Made by a program: the position numbers and the translations under genes. This document shows, piece after piece, positions 17,483-24,869 of a stretch of 27,200 nt of DNA. Position 1 is the first letter of the stretch, and every line of letters begins with the position of its first letter. Origin of the DNA: Candidatus Velthaea sp. (GTDB taxonomy: Bacteria > Vulcanimicrobiota > Vulcanimicrobiia > Vulcanimicrobiales > Vulcanimicrobiaceae); the NCBI GenBank assembly GCA_050012475.1, contig JBEKHC010000071.1, positions 1 through 27,200 on the forward strand, given 5' to 3'. Below the pieces are notes generated by a model that did not search any database, had not been told where the DNA came from, and saw only the letters and a list, made by a program, of their open reading frames with translations.

Positions 17483-18376
17483 ATGAAAATCGGAACATCG
17501 GAGCATCGCGAGCTCTTCTGCCAAACGTTTGTCGAAGGCCACATCGCTTACGAACCGGAGATGTTACCGTGGCCACAGCTCGAGCAAAAATATCTCGATC
17601 GCCTGCGCGCAATACCGTTCTGGGGAATTGCAAAAGCAATGGAGCGTAAGGCTGGGATCATGGTGTCCGCGTTTGCGCAGACCTTGGACGACCCCGCGAT
17701 TCGCGAGGCCGTGGCGCTGCAGGGAGCCGAGGAAGCGCGTCACGCCCGATTGATGGCGCACTTCATCGAACGTTACGGCCTGACGGCGCGCGAGGTCGAC
17801 GTTCGCGCCGGCGATCCCGTGAAGGAACAATTCGTCGTCTTCGGCTACGAAGAATGCGTTGATTTCTTCATGGGCGCGGGGCTCTTCCGTTTGGCCACCA
17901 AACTCGATATCTTCCCCGCCGACCTCGTCGCGATCTTCGACCGGGTACTGGTCGAAGAGGCGCGGCACGTCACCTTTTTCATCAACTGGTTCCGTTACGA
18001 AGAAGCCCGCGCCGGCCGCGACGGGACCCTGGGGCGGCATCTCATGGCGATCAAGAATTACTTCGGCTCGATCAAACAGTTGGTGCGCTCGTTCAGCGGC
18101 GAAGAGACGACGGGGTTCGTGGCGGCCAGTGCGAATCAACTCGTCGAAGGGATGACGCCGGTGATGTTTCTCGAGGCGGCGCTCGCCGAAAACCGGCGAA
18201 TGCTCGGACTTCTCGATCCTCGTCTGATCAAGCCGGCGCTGCTTCCCACGCTTGCGGCGACGGCGTTGACCGTGTTGCGGGCGCTCCCGCCCCGCCGCGA
18301 GAACCCGGCTGTGCCGGCCGCGCCGGCGCAACCGCAAGCGCAATCGCATTCGCTCAACAGGAGTGTTGCCGCCTAG
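17483..18376 (+). CDS. Ferritin-like diiron-carboxylate protein of unknown function
   Basis: 297 aa from ATG 17483, with E54…E84-A-R-H87 and E124…E159-A-R-H162 (two ExxH motifs). Ends 14 nt before hpnP. Confidence 0.82.
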   Translation: MKIGTSEHRELFCQTFVEGHIAYEPEMLPWPQLEQKYLDRLRAIPFWGIAKAMERKAGIMVSAFAQTLDDPAIREAVALQGAEEARHARLMAHFIERYGLTAREVDVRAGDPVKEQFVVFGYEECVDFFMGAGLFRLATKLDIFPADLVAIFDRVLVEEARHVTFFINWFRYEEARAGRDGTLGRHLMAIKNYFGSIKQLVRSFSGEETTGFVAASANQLVEGMTPVMFLEAALAENRRMLGLLDPRLIKPALLPTLAATALTVLRALPPRRENPAVPAAPAQPQAQSHSLNRSVAA

Positions 18377-18390
18377 ATGAACGCCGTTCG

Positions 18391-19953
18391 ATGCCGCTGA
18401 CGCCGCGTAACGTGCTGTGCGTGTTTCCGCGCTACAGCCCATCGTTCGGCACGTTTGAGTACGCCTATCCGCTCGTCGGCGTGAGCGGCTTCATGCCGCC
18501 CCAGGGGTTATTGGTCATCGCCGCCTCGATGCCCAAGTATTGGAACGTTCGCTTCATTGATGAAAACATCAAGACCGCCAGCCGTGCCGACATGGCCTGG
18601 GCCGACGTCGTCTTCGCCAGCGGGATGCACATCCAGCGCCAGCAAATCGTCGACATCACGAACCGCGCGCATGTCGCCGGCAAGGTCGTCGTGTTGGGCG
18701 GGCCGTCCGTTTCGGGGGCGCCGGAAACCTATCCCGACGTCGACATCCTGCACATCGGCGAACTCGGCGACGCGACCCGCGCCCTCTACGAATACCTCGA
18801 AAACGACGTCAGCCGGCCGGAACGGCAATTGCAATTCGTGACGGTGGAAAAGCTGCCGCTCGAAGCGTTTCCCACGCCCGCCTACGAGCTCATCGACCTG
18901 CGCCGCTATTTTCTGGGCAGCGTGCAAGCAACCAGCGGCTGTCCCTACCGTTGTGAATTTTGCGACATCCCGGAGTTGTACGGGCAAAATCCGCGGCTGA
19001 AAACGCCGGATCAAATCGTGCGCGAACTCGACGCGATGCTCGCCCGCGGCAACCCGGGTTGCATCTACTTCGTCGACGACAACTTCGTGGGGAACCGCAA
19101 GTTCGCCAAAGAACTCTTGCCCAAACTCGTGGATTGGCAAAAAAGGCGCGGCTATCCGGTGGAGTTCGCCTGCGAAGCCACGCTCAACATCGTCAAGAGC
19201 CCGGATCTGCTGGCGATGATGCGCGAGGCCTATTTCACCACGATCTTCTGCGGTATCGAAACCCCTGATCCGGAGACCCTGCACGCGATTTCAAAAGATC
19301 AGAACCGGAGCGTCGGGCTGCTCGAGGCCGTTCAGACGCTCAACTCCTACGGGTTGGAGGTCGTCAGCGGAATCATCATCGGTTTCGACACCGACACATC
19401 CGACACGGCCGATCGCATCATCGAATTCATCGAGCAGTCAAAGATCCCGCTGCTGACGATCAATCTGCTGCAAGCGCTGCCGCGCACGCCGCTGTGGCGC
19501 CGGCTCGAAAAAGAAGGCCGGCTCTATCACGGCGACGACCGCGAAACCAATATCGAGTACGTGCTGCCGTATGACGAAGTGCTCGGCATGTGGCGCAAGA
19601 CGATTGCTGCCGCATACTCACCCGAGGCGCTGTACGAACGCTTCCGTCATTTCGCAGAATACACGGCTCCGCACCGCATCACGCCGCCCAACAGCGGCGC
19701 GCGCGTCAATCCGCACAACATCCGCCGCGGGCTTACGATCCTGTTCAAAGTCCTCACGATCGTGGGCATCTTCTCCAACTATCGCAAGACGTTTTGGAAT
19801 CTCTGTGGACCGATGCTGCGCCAAGGACGCATCGAATCGCTGCTGCACGTCGGCATCGTCGGGCACCATCTCATCACGTACGCGCGCGGCGCGCTGTCGG
19901 GCCGTTTCAACGCCTCGCATTACTCCGCGCGCACGCGCAAGAAAGCCGCGTAA
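18391..19953 (+). CDS. hpnP: Hopanoid C-2 methyltransferase HpnP (B12-binding class B radical SAM)
   Basis: LCVFPRYSPSFGTFEYAY, FMPPQGLL, SGMHIQR, LGGPSVS, LHIGELGDAT, SGCPYRCEFCDIPELYG, YFVDDNF, FACEATLN, LTINLLQALPRTPLWRRL. Adjacent to shc. Confidence 0.88.
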   Translation: MPLTPRNVLCVFPRYSPSFGTFEYAYPLVGVSGFMPPQGLLVIAASMPKYWNVRFIDENIKTASRADMAWADVVFASGMHIQRQQIVDITNRAHVAGKVVVLGGPSVSGAPETYPDVDILHIGELGDATRALYEYLENDVSRPERQLQFVTVEKLPLEAFPTPAYELIDLRRYFLGSVQATSGCPYRCEFCDIPELYGQNPRLKTPDQIVRELDAMLARGNPGCIYFVDDNFVGNRKFAKELLPKLVDWQKRRGYPVEFACEATLNIVKSPDLLAMMREAYFTTIFCGIETPDPETLHAISKDQNRSVGLLEAVQTLNSYGLEVVSGIIIGFDTDTSDTADRIIEFIEQSKIPLLTINLLQALPRTPLWRRLEKEGRLYHGDDRETNIEYVLPYDEVLGMWRKTIAAAYSPEALYERFRHFAEYTAPHRITPPNSGARVNPHNIRRGLTILFKVLTIVGIFSNYRKTFWNLCGPMLRQGRIESLLHVGIVGHHLITYARGALSGRFNASHYSARTRKKAA

Positions 19954-21854
19954 CGGCCCAGTGCCGTCAGCGGGAAGTGCTGACAATACAGGTGGTAGCG
20001 GAGAAAAAAGTGCTGCGGAAAACCCGTGCCGGTGAACTCCGCTTCGTCCCACGTCCCATCGGCGCGCTGCTGGGTGAGGAGATGGGTGACGCCACGCTCG
20101 AGGGCGGGCGCGAATTCGGCACGTAGCCGCGGCAGCCGTTCGACTGTCGCCAGCACGCCGATGAGCCCCCACGCTGTTTGCGAGGGCGTGCTCGCGCCGC
20201 TGCCCCGCAATTCAGGGTGCTTGTAGCTCGCGGTCGTCTCGCCCCACCCGCCGTCGCGGTTCTGCACGCTGCGCAGCCACAGCGCACCGCGCACCAGCGC
20301 CGCTTCGATGGCCGCTCCGCCGGGGGTCGCACCAAGGGCAGCCAAAGCACCGCTGGTGCCGTACACGTAATTTACGCCCCAGCGCCCGAACCACGCACCG
20401 TCGGGCTCCTGTTCGGCCAGCAGATAGGCGAGCGCGCGCGGAAAGCGGTCGCCCTCCCAGGGCAACGCGCAGCGGGCAAACATCTCCATCACCCGCGCAG
20501 TCACGTCGGCGGTCGGCGGATCGATGCTTGCTTTGAGGTCGCTGTACGCGATGCGATTGATCCACGCCTTATCGTTGTCGATATCGAAAGCACCCCAGCC
20601 GCCGCCGCGGCACTGCATGCTCGCGACCCACTGCGCCGCGCGTTCGACCGCGGCCCGGCTGCGGGCCGGCTGCGGATGCGCGACCCCGTGGAGCGCCATG
20701 GCGATGACCGCCGTATCGTCGACGTCGGGATACCAGCGGTTGTCGAACTCGAAAGCCCAGCCGCCGGGCGGTCCGCCGGGATTCTTGATCGCCCAGTCGC
20801 CGTAGTCGAGAATCTGCTTTTCGAGCAGCCAATCCACGGCGCGCACCAGGCGCGGATCGTCCGCGGCCACCCCCGCATCGACGAGCGCGCGCACCGCGAG
20901 GCCGGTATCCCAAACCGGCGAAATGCAAGGTTGGACCCGGTACGCGCCGTTTTCAGCGATCGTAAACGTGTCGATCGCCGCGAAACCGCGCACGACCTCC
21001 GGATCGTCGAGCCGATAGCCCAACGCACGCAGCGCGAGCATCGAATTGAGCATCGCGGGGATGATGCCGCCCCAGTCGCCGGTCGCCTCTTGGCGCTCGA
21101 GCACCCAGCGCTCGGCGCGCGCCAGGCCGGCCGCGCGTCCGGGCCGGACACCGTACCGCTCGCCGAGTTTGAAAAGCGTGTCGAGCCCGTTGAACGCGGC
21201 TTCGACGGCATCGTTCGGGGGCGGCAGGGCATATTGCACGTTGCCGGCGCCTTCGGCGTACAATTCGTCGAGGTCGAGCACCGGACCGTACACGGGTTTC
21301 TGGTCGAAGACGATGATGAGCGGCACGGTGCTGCCGCGCGCCCAGCTGGAAAGATCGTAAATCGAAAAGATTCCGCGCTCCGGCAACAGCATCAGAAACG
21401 GCGGCAGCGACGGCAGGCCGGCCCAATCATAGGCGCCGACGAGCGCCAGATGCATTTTGGTGAAAATGCGCGTTTTTGAAATGCCGCCGCGCGCTAAAAT
21501 AAACGCGCGCGCACGCGCGAGCGCCGGATCGTCGTGGCCAACGCCCAGCAGCCGCAGCGCCATGTACGCCTCGACGGTAACGCTGAGTTCGCCGCCGTCG
21601 CCGTAGGCCAGCTCCCAGCCGCCGTGATCGCGCTGCTCGCCGCGAAAATAGCGGACGGCCGCGGCACGCGGTACGCGCGCGAAGCAATCCCAGATGTGGT
21701 GCAGCAGCACGACTTCGGCGGTGATCGTGACGTTGGACTGTAGCTCTGCCCACCAATAACCAGTCGGATGTTGGGTTGAAAACAACGCGTCGACCGCGCG
21801 CGCGATTGCGCTTTCGAGGGGTCGCGCCGGTTCGGAATCCGAAACGGCTTGCAT
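19920..21854 (-). CDS. shc: Squalene-hopene cyclase
   Basis: Catalytic YPDVDDTA (DxDD), QW repeats (QRDHGGW, QEATGDW, QCRGGGW, QEPDGAW, QNRDGGW, QRADGTW), QPCISPVWDT, RWGVNYVYGT, FTGTGFP. Start is ATG 21854 (MQAVSD…) or up to 21890. Confidence 0.97.
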   Translation of the reverse strand: MQAVSDSEPARPLESAIARAVDALFSTQHPTGYWWAELQSNVTITAEVVLLHHIWDCFARVPRAAAVRYFRGEQRDHGGWELAYGDGGELSVTVEAYMALRLLGVGHDDPALARARAFILARGGISKTRIFTKMHLALVGAYDWAGLPSLPPFLMLLPERGIFSIYDLSSWARGSTVPLIIVFDQKPVYGPVLDLDELYAEGAGNVQYALPPPNDAVEAAFNGLDTLFKLGERYGVRPGRAAGLARAERWVLERQEATGDWGGIIPAMLNSMLALRALGYRLDDPEVVRGFAAIDTFTIAENGAYRVQPCISPVWDTGLAVRALVDAGVAADDPRLVRAVDWLLEKQILDYGDWAIKNPGGPPGGWAFEFDNRWYPDVDDTAVIAMALHGVAHPQPARSRAAVERAAQWVASMQCRGGGWGAFDIDNDKAWINRIAYSDLKASIDPPTADVTARVMEMFARCALPWEGDRFPRALAYLLAEQEPDGAWFGRWGVNYVYGTSGALAALGATPGGAAIEAALVRGALWLRSVQNRDGGWGETTASYKHPELRGSGASTPSQTAWGLIGVLATVERLPRLRAEFAPALERGVTHLLTQQRADGTWDEAEFTGTGFPQHFFLRYHLYCQHFPLTALGRYAAFLRVRAE

Positions 21855-21867
21855 GTCCTCGAAGTTC

Positions 21868-23085
21868 GTGCGAATCATTTCGCTGCTCATGGTTGGCGGC
21901 TGGACCGGTTTGCTCGTGGCACGCGGACGATTTTGGGATCCGCCCGCCGACTGCCTTCGCGAGCCCGACGAATCGTCCGGCGCGCCGGACGTTCACGTCG
22001 TCATTCCGGCCCGCAACGAAGAAGCGCTCATCGGCGAAACGCTGCCGACGCTGTTCGCGCAGCGCTACGCGGGCCGGTTGGACATCACCCTCGCCGACGA
22101 CAACAGCGACGACGGGACGGCCGCGCGCGCGCATTGGCTCGCTACCGAATCCGGCAGTACGAAAAATTTTTCCGTCGCGACGGTCCCGCCCCGCCCGGAA
22201 CTTTGGGCCGGAAAAGTTTGGGCGATGGCGGCGGGCGTCGCGGCAGCCCGCGCGGCCGGCGCGCAGCCCGAGTATTGGCTCTTCACCGACGCCGACATCC
22301 GTCATGATCCGACCAGCGTCGCCGCGCTCGTGGCGACGGCGCGCGCCGATCGGCGCGATCTCGTTTCGCTGATGGTGCAATTGCGCTGCACGAGCGCCTG
22401 GGAACGCCTGATGATCCCGGCGTTTGTCTTTTTCTTCGCGAAACTGTATCCGTTCGCATGGGTCGCCGACGACGCGCGCAGCACGGCGGCAGCCGCCGGC
22501 GGCTGCGTGCTCGTCTCGGACCGCATGCTGCGCGCGATCGGCGGGTTCGAGCGCATCGCGGGCGCGCTCATCGACGATTGCGCGCTCGCCGCTGCGGTCA
22601 AATCCGAAGGCGGCCGGCTGCGGCTCGAGCTTTCGAGCAAAGCGCACAGCATCCGCGCCTACGATTCGCTGGGCGTCCTGTGGGACATGATCGCGCGCAG
22701 CGCCTACACGCAACTGCGCTTCTCCCCTTTGCTGCTGGCAGGCACGCTCGCCGGCATGATCGTGCTGTACGCGTTGCCGCCGATCGCAGCGGTCGCCGGA
22801 GTCCTTCGGCGCGATAAAGTGCTCGGCCTCAGCGGTGCGCTGGCATGGTCGATCATGAGCGCGTTGTATCTCCCGGTGCTGCGCCGCTACCGTCAGCCGG
22901 CCGCAGCCGCCGTGCTGCTCCCGCTCGCCGCGATGGTCTACACGCTCATCACGCTCGACTCGGCCCGTCGCCACGCGATCGGAAAGGGCGGCGAATGGAA
23001 GGGCCGGCTGCAGCCTGTCGCCGACGGTCATGCCGAAAGCACGCTGCGGCCGGACCGATTTTTCACCGCAGCGCCGCCGGTATAA
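21868..23085 (+). CDS. hpnB: Hopanoid-associated GT2 glycosyltransferase HpnB
   Basis: N-terminal TM ending RGRFW, VIPARNE, DDNSDDGT, WAGKVWA, FTDADI, IPAFVFFFAKLYPF, AAAGGC, LIDDCALA, WDMIARSAYTQL. Start is GTG 21868 or ATG 21853. Confidence 0.9.
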   Translation: MRIISLLMVGGWTGLLVARGRFWDPPADCLREPDESSGAPDVHVVIPARNEEALIGETLPTLFAQRYAGRLDITLADDNSDDGTAARAHWLATESGSTKNFSVATVPPRPELWAGKVWAMAAGVAAARAAGAQPEYWLFTDADIRHDPTSVAALVATARADRRDLVSLMVQLRCTSAWERLMIPAFVFFFAKLYPFAWVADDARSTAAAAGGCVLVSDRMLRAIGGFERIAGALIDDCALAAAVKSEGGRLRLELSSKAHSIRAYDSLGVLWDMIARSAYTQLRFSPLLLAGTLAGMIVLYALPPIAAVAGVLRRDKVLGLSGALAWSIMSALYLPVLRRYRQPAAAAVLLPLAAMVYTLITLDSARRHAIGKGGEWKGRLQPVADGHAESTLRPDRFFTAAPPV

Positions 23086-23188
23086 CCCGCCGATAGCCCG
23101 GATCCGCTCGCCGTTCTCTGCGCCGCGGTCCCGCTTGCAGTTCGACGAAGCGATCGCCGTGCTGCATCGCGCGAGCGACGAACGCTAA

Positions 23189-23827
23189 CTAAGCCGCGGC
23201 TAGCCGGGCCGCGGTCGAACGCAGCACGGTCAGCGCTCGAACGACGTGGCGAACGAAGCGCAGGCTGCGGGCCGGACTACGAACGAGCGCAAGGGTCAGT
23301 GCCAGCGGCCGCAGCGCACCGTCGCGATCGTAGACGTTGCTCAGATCCGGCATGGAGCCGAGCGCGTCGTCGCTGACGATGCGCACCATCGCTACCCGGA
23401 CCCCGCGCCCGTGCAGTACGCGGGCAATCGACGCGGCCTCCATGTCGATCGCCGCGGCGCCGGTCGCCGCTCGCAGCGCCGATTTCGCTGCCGGTTCACC
23501 GACCACGCTCGCGACGTTGGCGGCGCCAACTGGCACGACCGCGCAGACGGCCGCGCAGGCCGCGGCCAGCTCACGGTCGAGTTCGATGACCTCGGCACCG
23601 TCGGCGATGCGCGCATAAACGACCGTGTCGCCGACGCGCAACGCCGGATCGAGCGCACCGCACACGCCTAGGACGAGCGCCGTTGCGGGAACGGGGCCCG
23701 AAGCGAACTGCGCGCCGGCACCGCTGCCCGCAGGCACGCTGCGCAGAATCGCGCGCGCTTCCGGCCAGCCGCGTTCAACGGCGCTCGCTTCCGCACCGCG
23801 CGGAACGATGATCGCATCGAAGCGCAC
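23189..23827 (-). CDS. hpnG: Hopanoid-associated nucleoside phosphorylase/nucleosidase HpnG
   Basis: PNP_UDP fold motifs LGVCGALDPALRVGD, K-x2-L-x3-TGAAAIDME and RIVSDD, with N-terminal VPRGAE. Within the hpn cluster. Confidence 0.85.
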   Translation of the reverse strand: MRFDAIIVPRGAEASAVERGWPEARAILRSVPAGSGAGAQFASGPVPATALVLGVCGALDPALRVGDTVVYARIADGAEVIELDRELAAACAAVCAVVPVGAANVASVVGEPAAKSALRAATGAAAIDMEAASIARVLHGRGVRVAMVRIVSDDALGSMPDLSNVYDRDGALRPLALTLALVRSPARSLRFVRHVVRALTVLRSTAARLAAA

Positions 23828-23848
23828 GCTTGCCGATTCGCGCGCACA

Positions 23849-24103
23849 TCACGACATTCCGCGTTGAGGTGTCCCGGATCCAGCGGCGGCAAAGCGGTTC
23901 AGGCACGTTCCATGTCCGCAGTTGCACTCGCCGGGCGCTGCTTTGCCGCGCTCGACGTCGGCGAGTTCGGTCGTGTGTCCCATGCACCATTCGCTGCATG
24001 CGCCGGCCGAAACGAGATCGTTGCAGCCGCACGAAACATTGATGCACTGATGATCGGGCGCCGGCGGCGGTGTCGCATCGCCGTGCGTGACGTTGGTAGT
24101 CAT
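23849..24103 (-). CDS. Bacterial metallothionein (BmtA/SmtA-like)
   Basis: 84 aa with 8 Cys and 4 His arranged C-x4-C-x-C … CSEWC-x2-H … C-x-CGH-x2-C, matching the SmtA-type CSxxC-x2-3-H and CGHxxC pattern. Confidence 0.75.
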   Translation of the reverse strand: MTTNVTHGDATPPPAPDHQCINVSCGCNDLVSAGACSEWCMGHTTELADVERGKAAPGECNCGHGTCLNRFAAAGSGTPQRGMS

Positions 24104-24133
24104 GCGCGGGAGCGTACCCGTCGAACCCGCCGG

Positions 24134-24280
24134 TCACGCCGCGAGTACGGGCCCGCTTGGCGTACAGCCGAATCGGCTGCGTTCATACCGCATCAGCTCC
24201 GCATCGACGGCCATTCGAAGCAACCACGCGATGTTTATCACGAGCAATCCCGCGGTCGCGCCGCCGACGGCGCGCCTCAA
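24134..24280 (-). CDS. Candidate 48-aa single-pass membrane small protein
   Basis: TTG at 24280 overlaps the MaoC TGA (TTGA). MRRAVGGATAGLLVINIAWLLRMAVDAELMRYERSRFGCTPSGPVLAA has one hydrophobic segment and nearly fills the MaoC-metallothionein gap. Confidence 0.45.
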   Translation of the reverse strand: MRRAVGGATAGLLVINIAWLLRMAVDAELMRYERSRFGCTPSGPVLAA

Positions 24281-24747
24281 TCGTCGCGGTGGTGCCGGCG
24301 TGGAACGATCGTGTTGAGTTTGAGCGTTTGAACGGTCTCGCCCGCGGCGTTGCGCGTTTCGATCTTGAGCGTGACCATGCCGCGATCGGGTTTCGAGCGC
24401 AGCGGGCGCAATTTGAAAATCTCGATCCGGAGATGCAGCACGTCGCCCGGCACGACCGGGCGCAGCCACCGCAGCGCATCGACGCCCGCCCCCAGCGAGC
24501 CGTCCGACGGGCCGATCTCGCTGTCGACGAACATGCGCATCGTCATTGCGGCGGTGTGCGAACCGCTGGCGACCAGCCGGCCGAAGACGCTGGATCGGGC
24601 CGCTTCCGGATCGACATGGAAGGCCTGCGGGTCGTAGCGGCGGCCGAAGGCGATGATCTCCTCGGCGGTCACTTCGTACGACCCGGACGTAAACGTTTCA
24701 CCTTCGGTGAGGTCCTCGAAGAAGCGATGTCGGCGCACCGCTTTCAA
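24277..24747 (-). CDS. MaoC-family (hotdog fold) dehydratase
   Basis: FFEDL, EEIIAFGRRYDPQAFHVD (DxxxxH), FGRLVASGSHT, LRWLRPVVPGD. TTG 24747 is preceded by GGGAGG at 5-nt spacing. Confidence 0.9.
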   Translation of the reverse strand: MKAVRRHRFFEDLTEGETFTSGSYEVTAEEIIAFGRRYDPQAFHVDPEAARSSVFGRLVASGSHTAAMTMRMFVDSEIGPSDGSLGAGVDALRWLRPVVPGDVLHLRIEIFKLRPLRSKPDRGMVTLKIETRNAAGETVQTLKLNTIVPRRHHRDD

Positions 24748-24790
24748 CAGACCCTCCCGAAGCACGCCGGTTTGCAGCGCGGCGCATGCA

Positions 24791-24819
24791 AAGGGCGCAG
24801 GTGGTGTTCCTGCGCCCTT
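24791..24819 (-). terminator. Probable intrinsic terminator hairpin downstream of ppdK
   Basis: Perfect 11-bp stem aagggcgcagg / cctgcgccctt with a 7-nt loop, 50 nt after the ppdK stop. The U tract is short (UUU). Confidence 0.6.
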
Positions 24820-24869
24820 CGGCTTTTCACTCTAGCAGTCGGGTGCCGTGCCGGAGCCCGGCGCCTTCT

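Noticed and set aside
17492..17529. EcfG-type GGAAC…CGTT promoter for hpnP
   Set aside because: The spacing is ~29 nt, far too long, and it lies inside the ferritin-like coding sequence.
21427..23031. 534-aa - strand ORF
   Set aside because: Overlaps hpnB in antisense and shc out of frame; both real genes have strong family motifs.
23030..23188. 52-codon + frame ending QFDEAIAVLHRASDER*, and a TATAAC box at 23081
   Set aside because: It overlaps the hpnB tail, has no SD and no convincing -35. It could be a gene remnant but cannot be supported.
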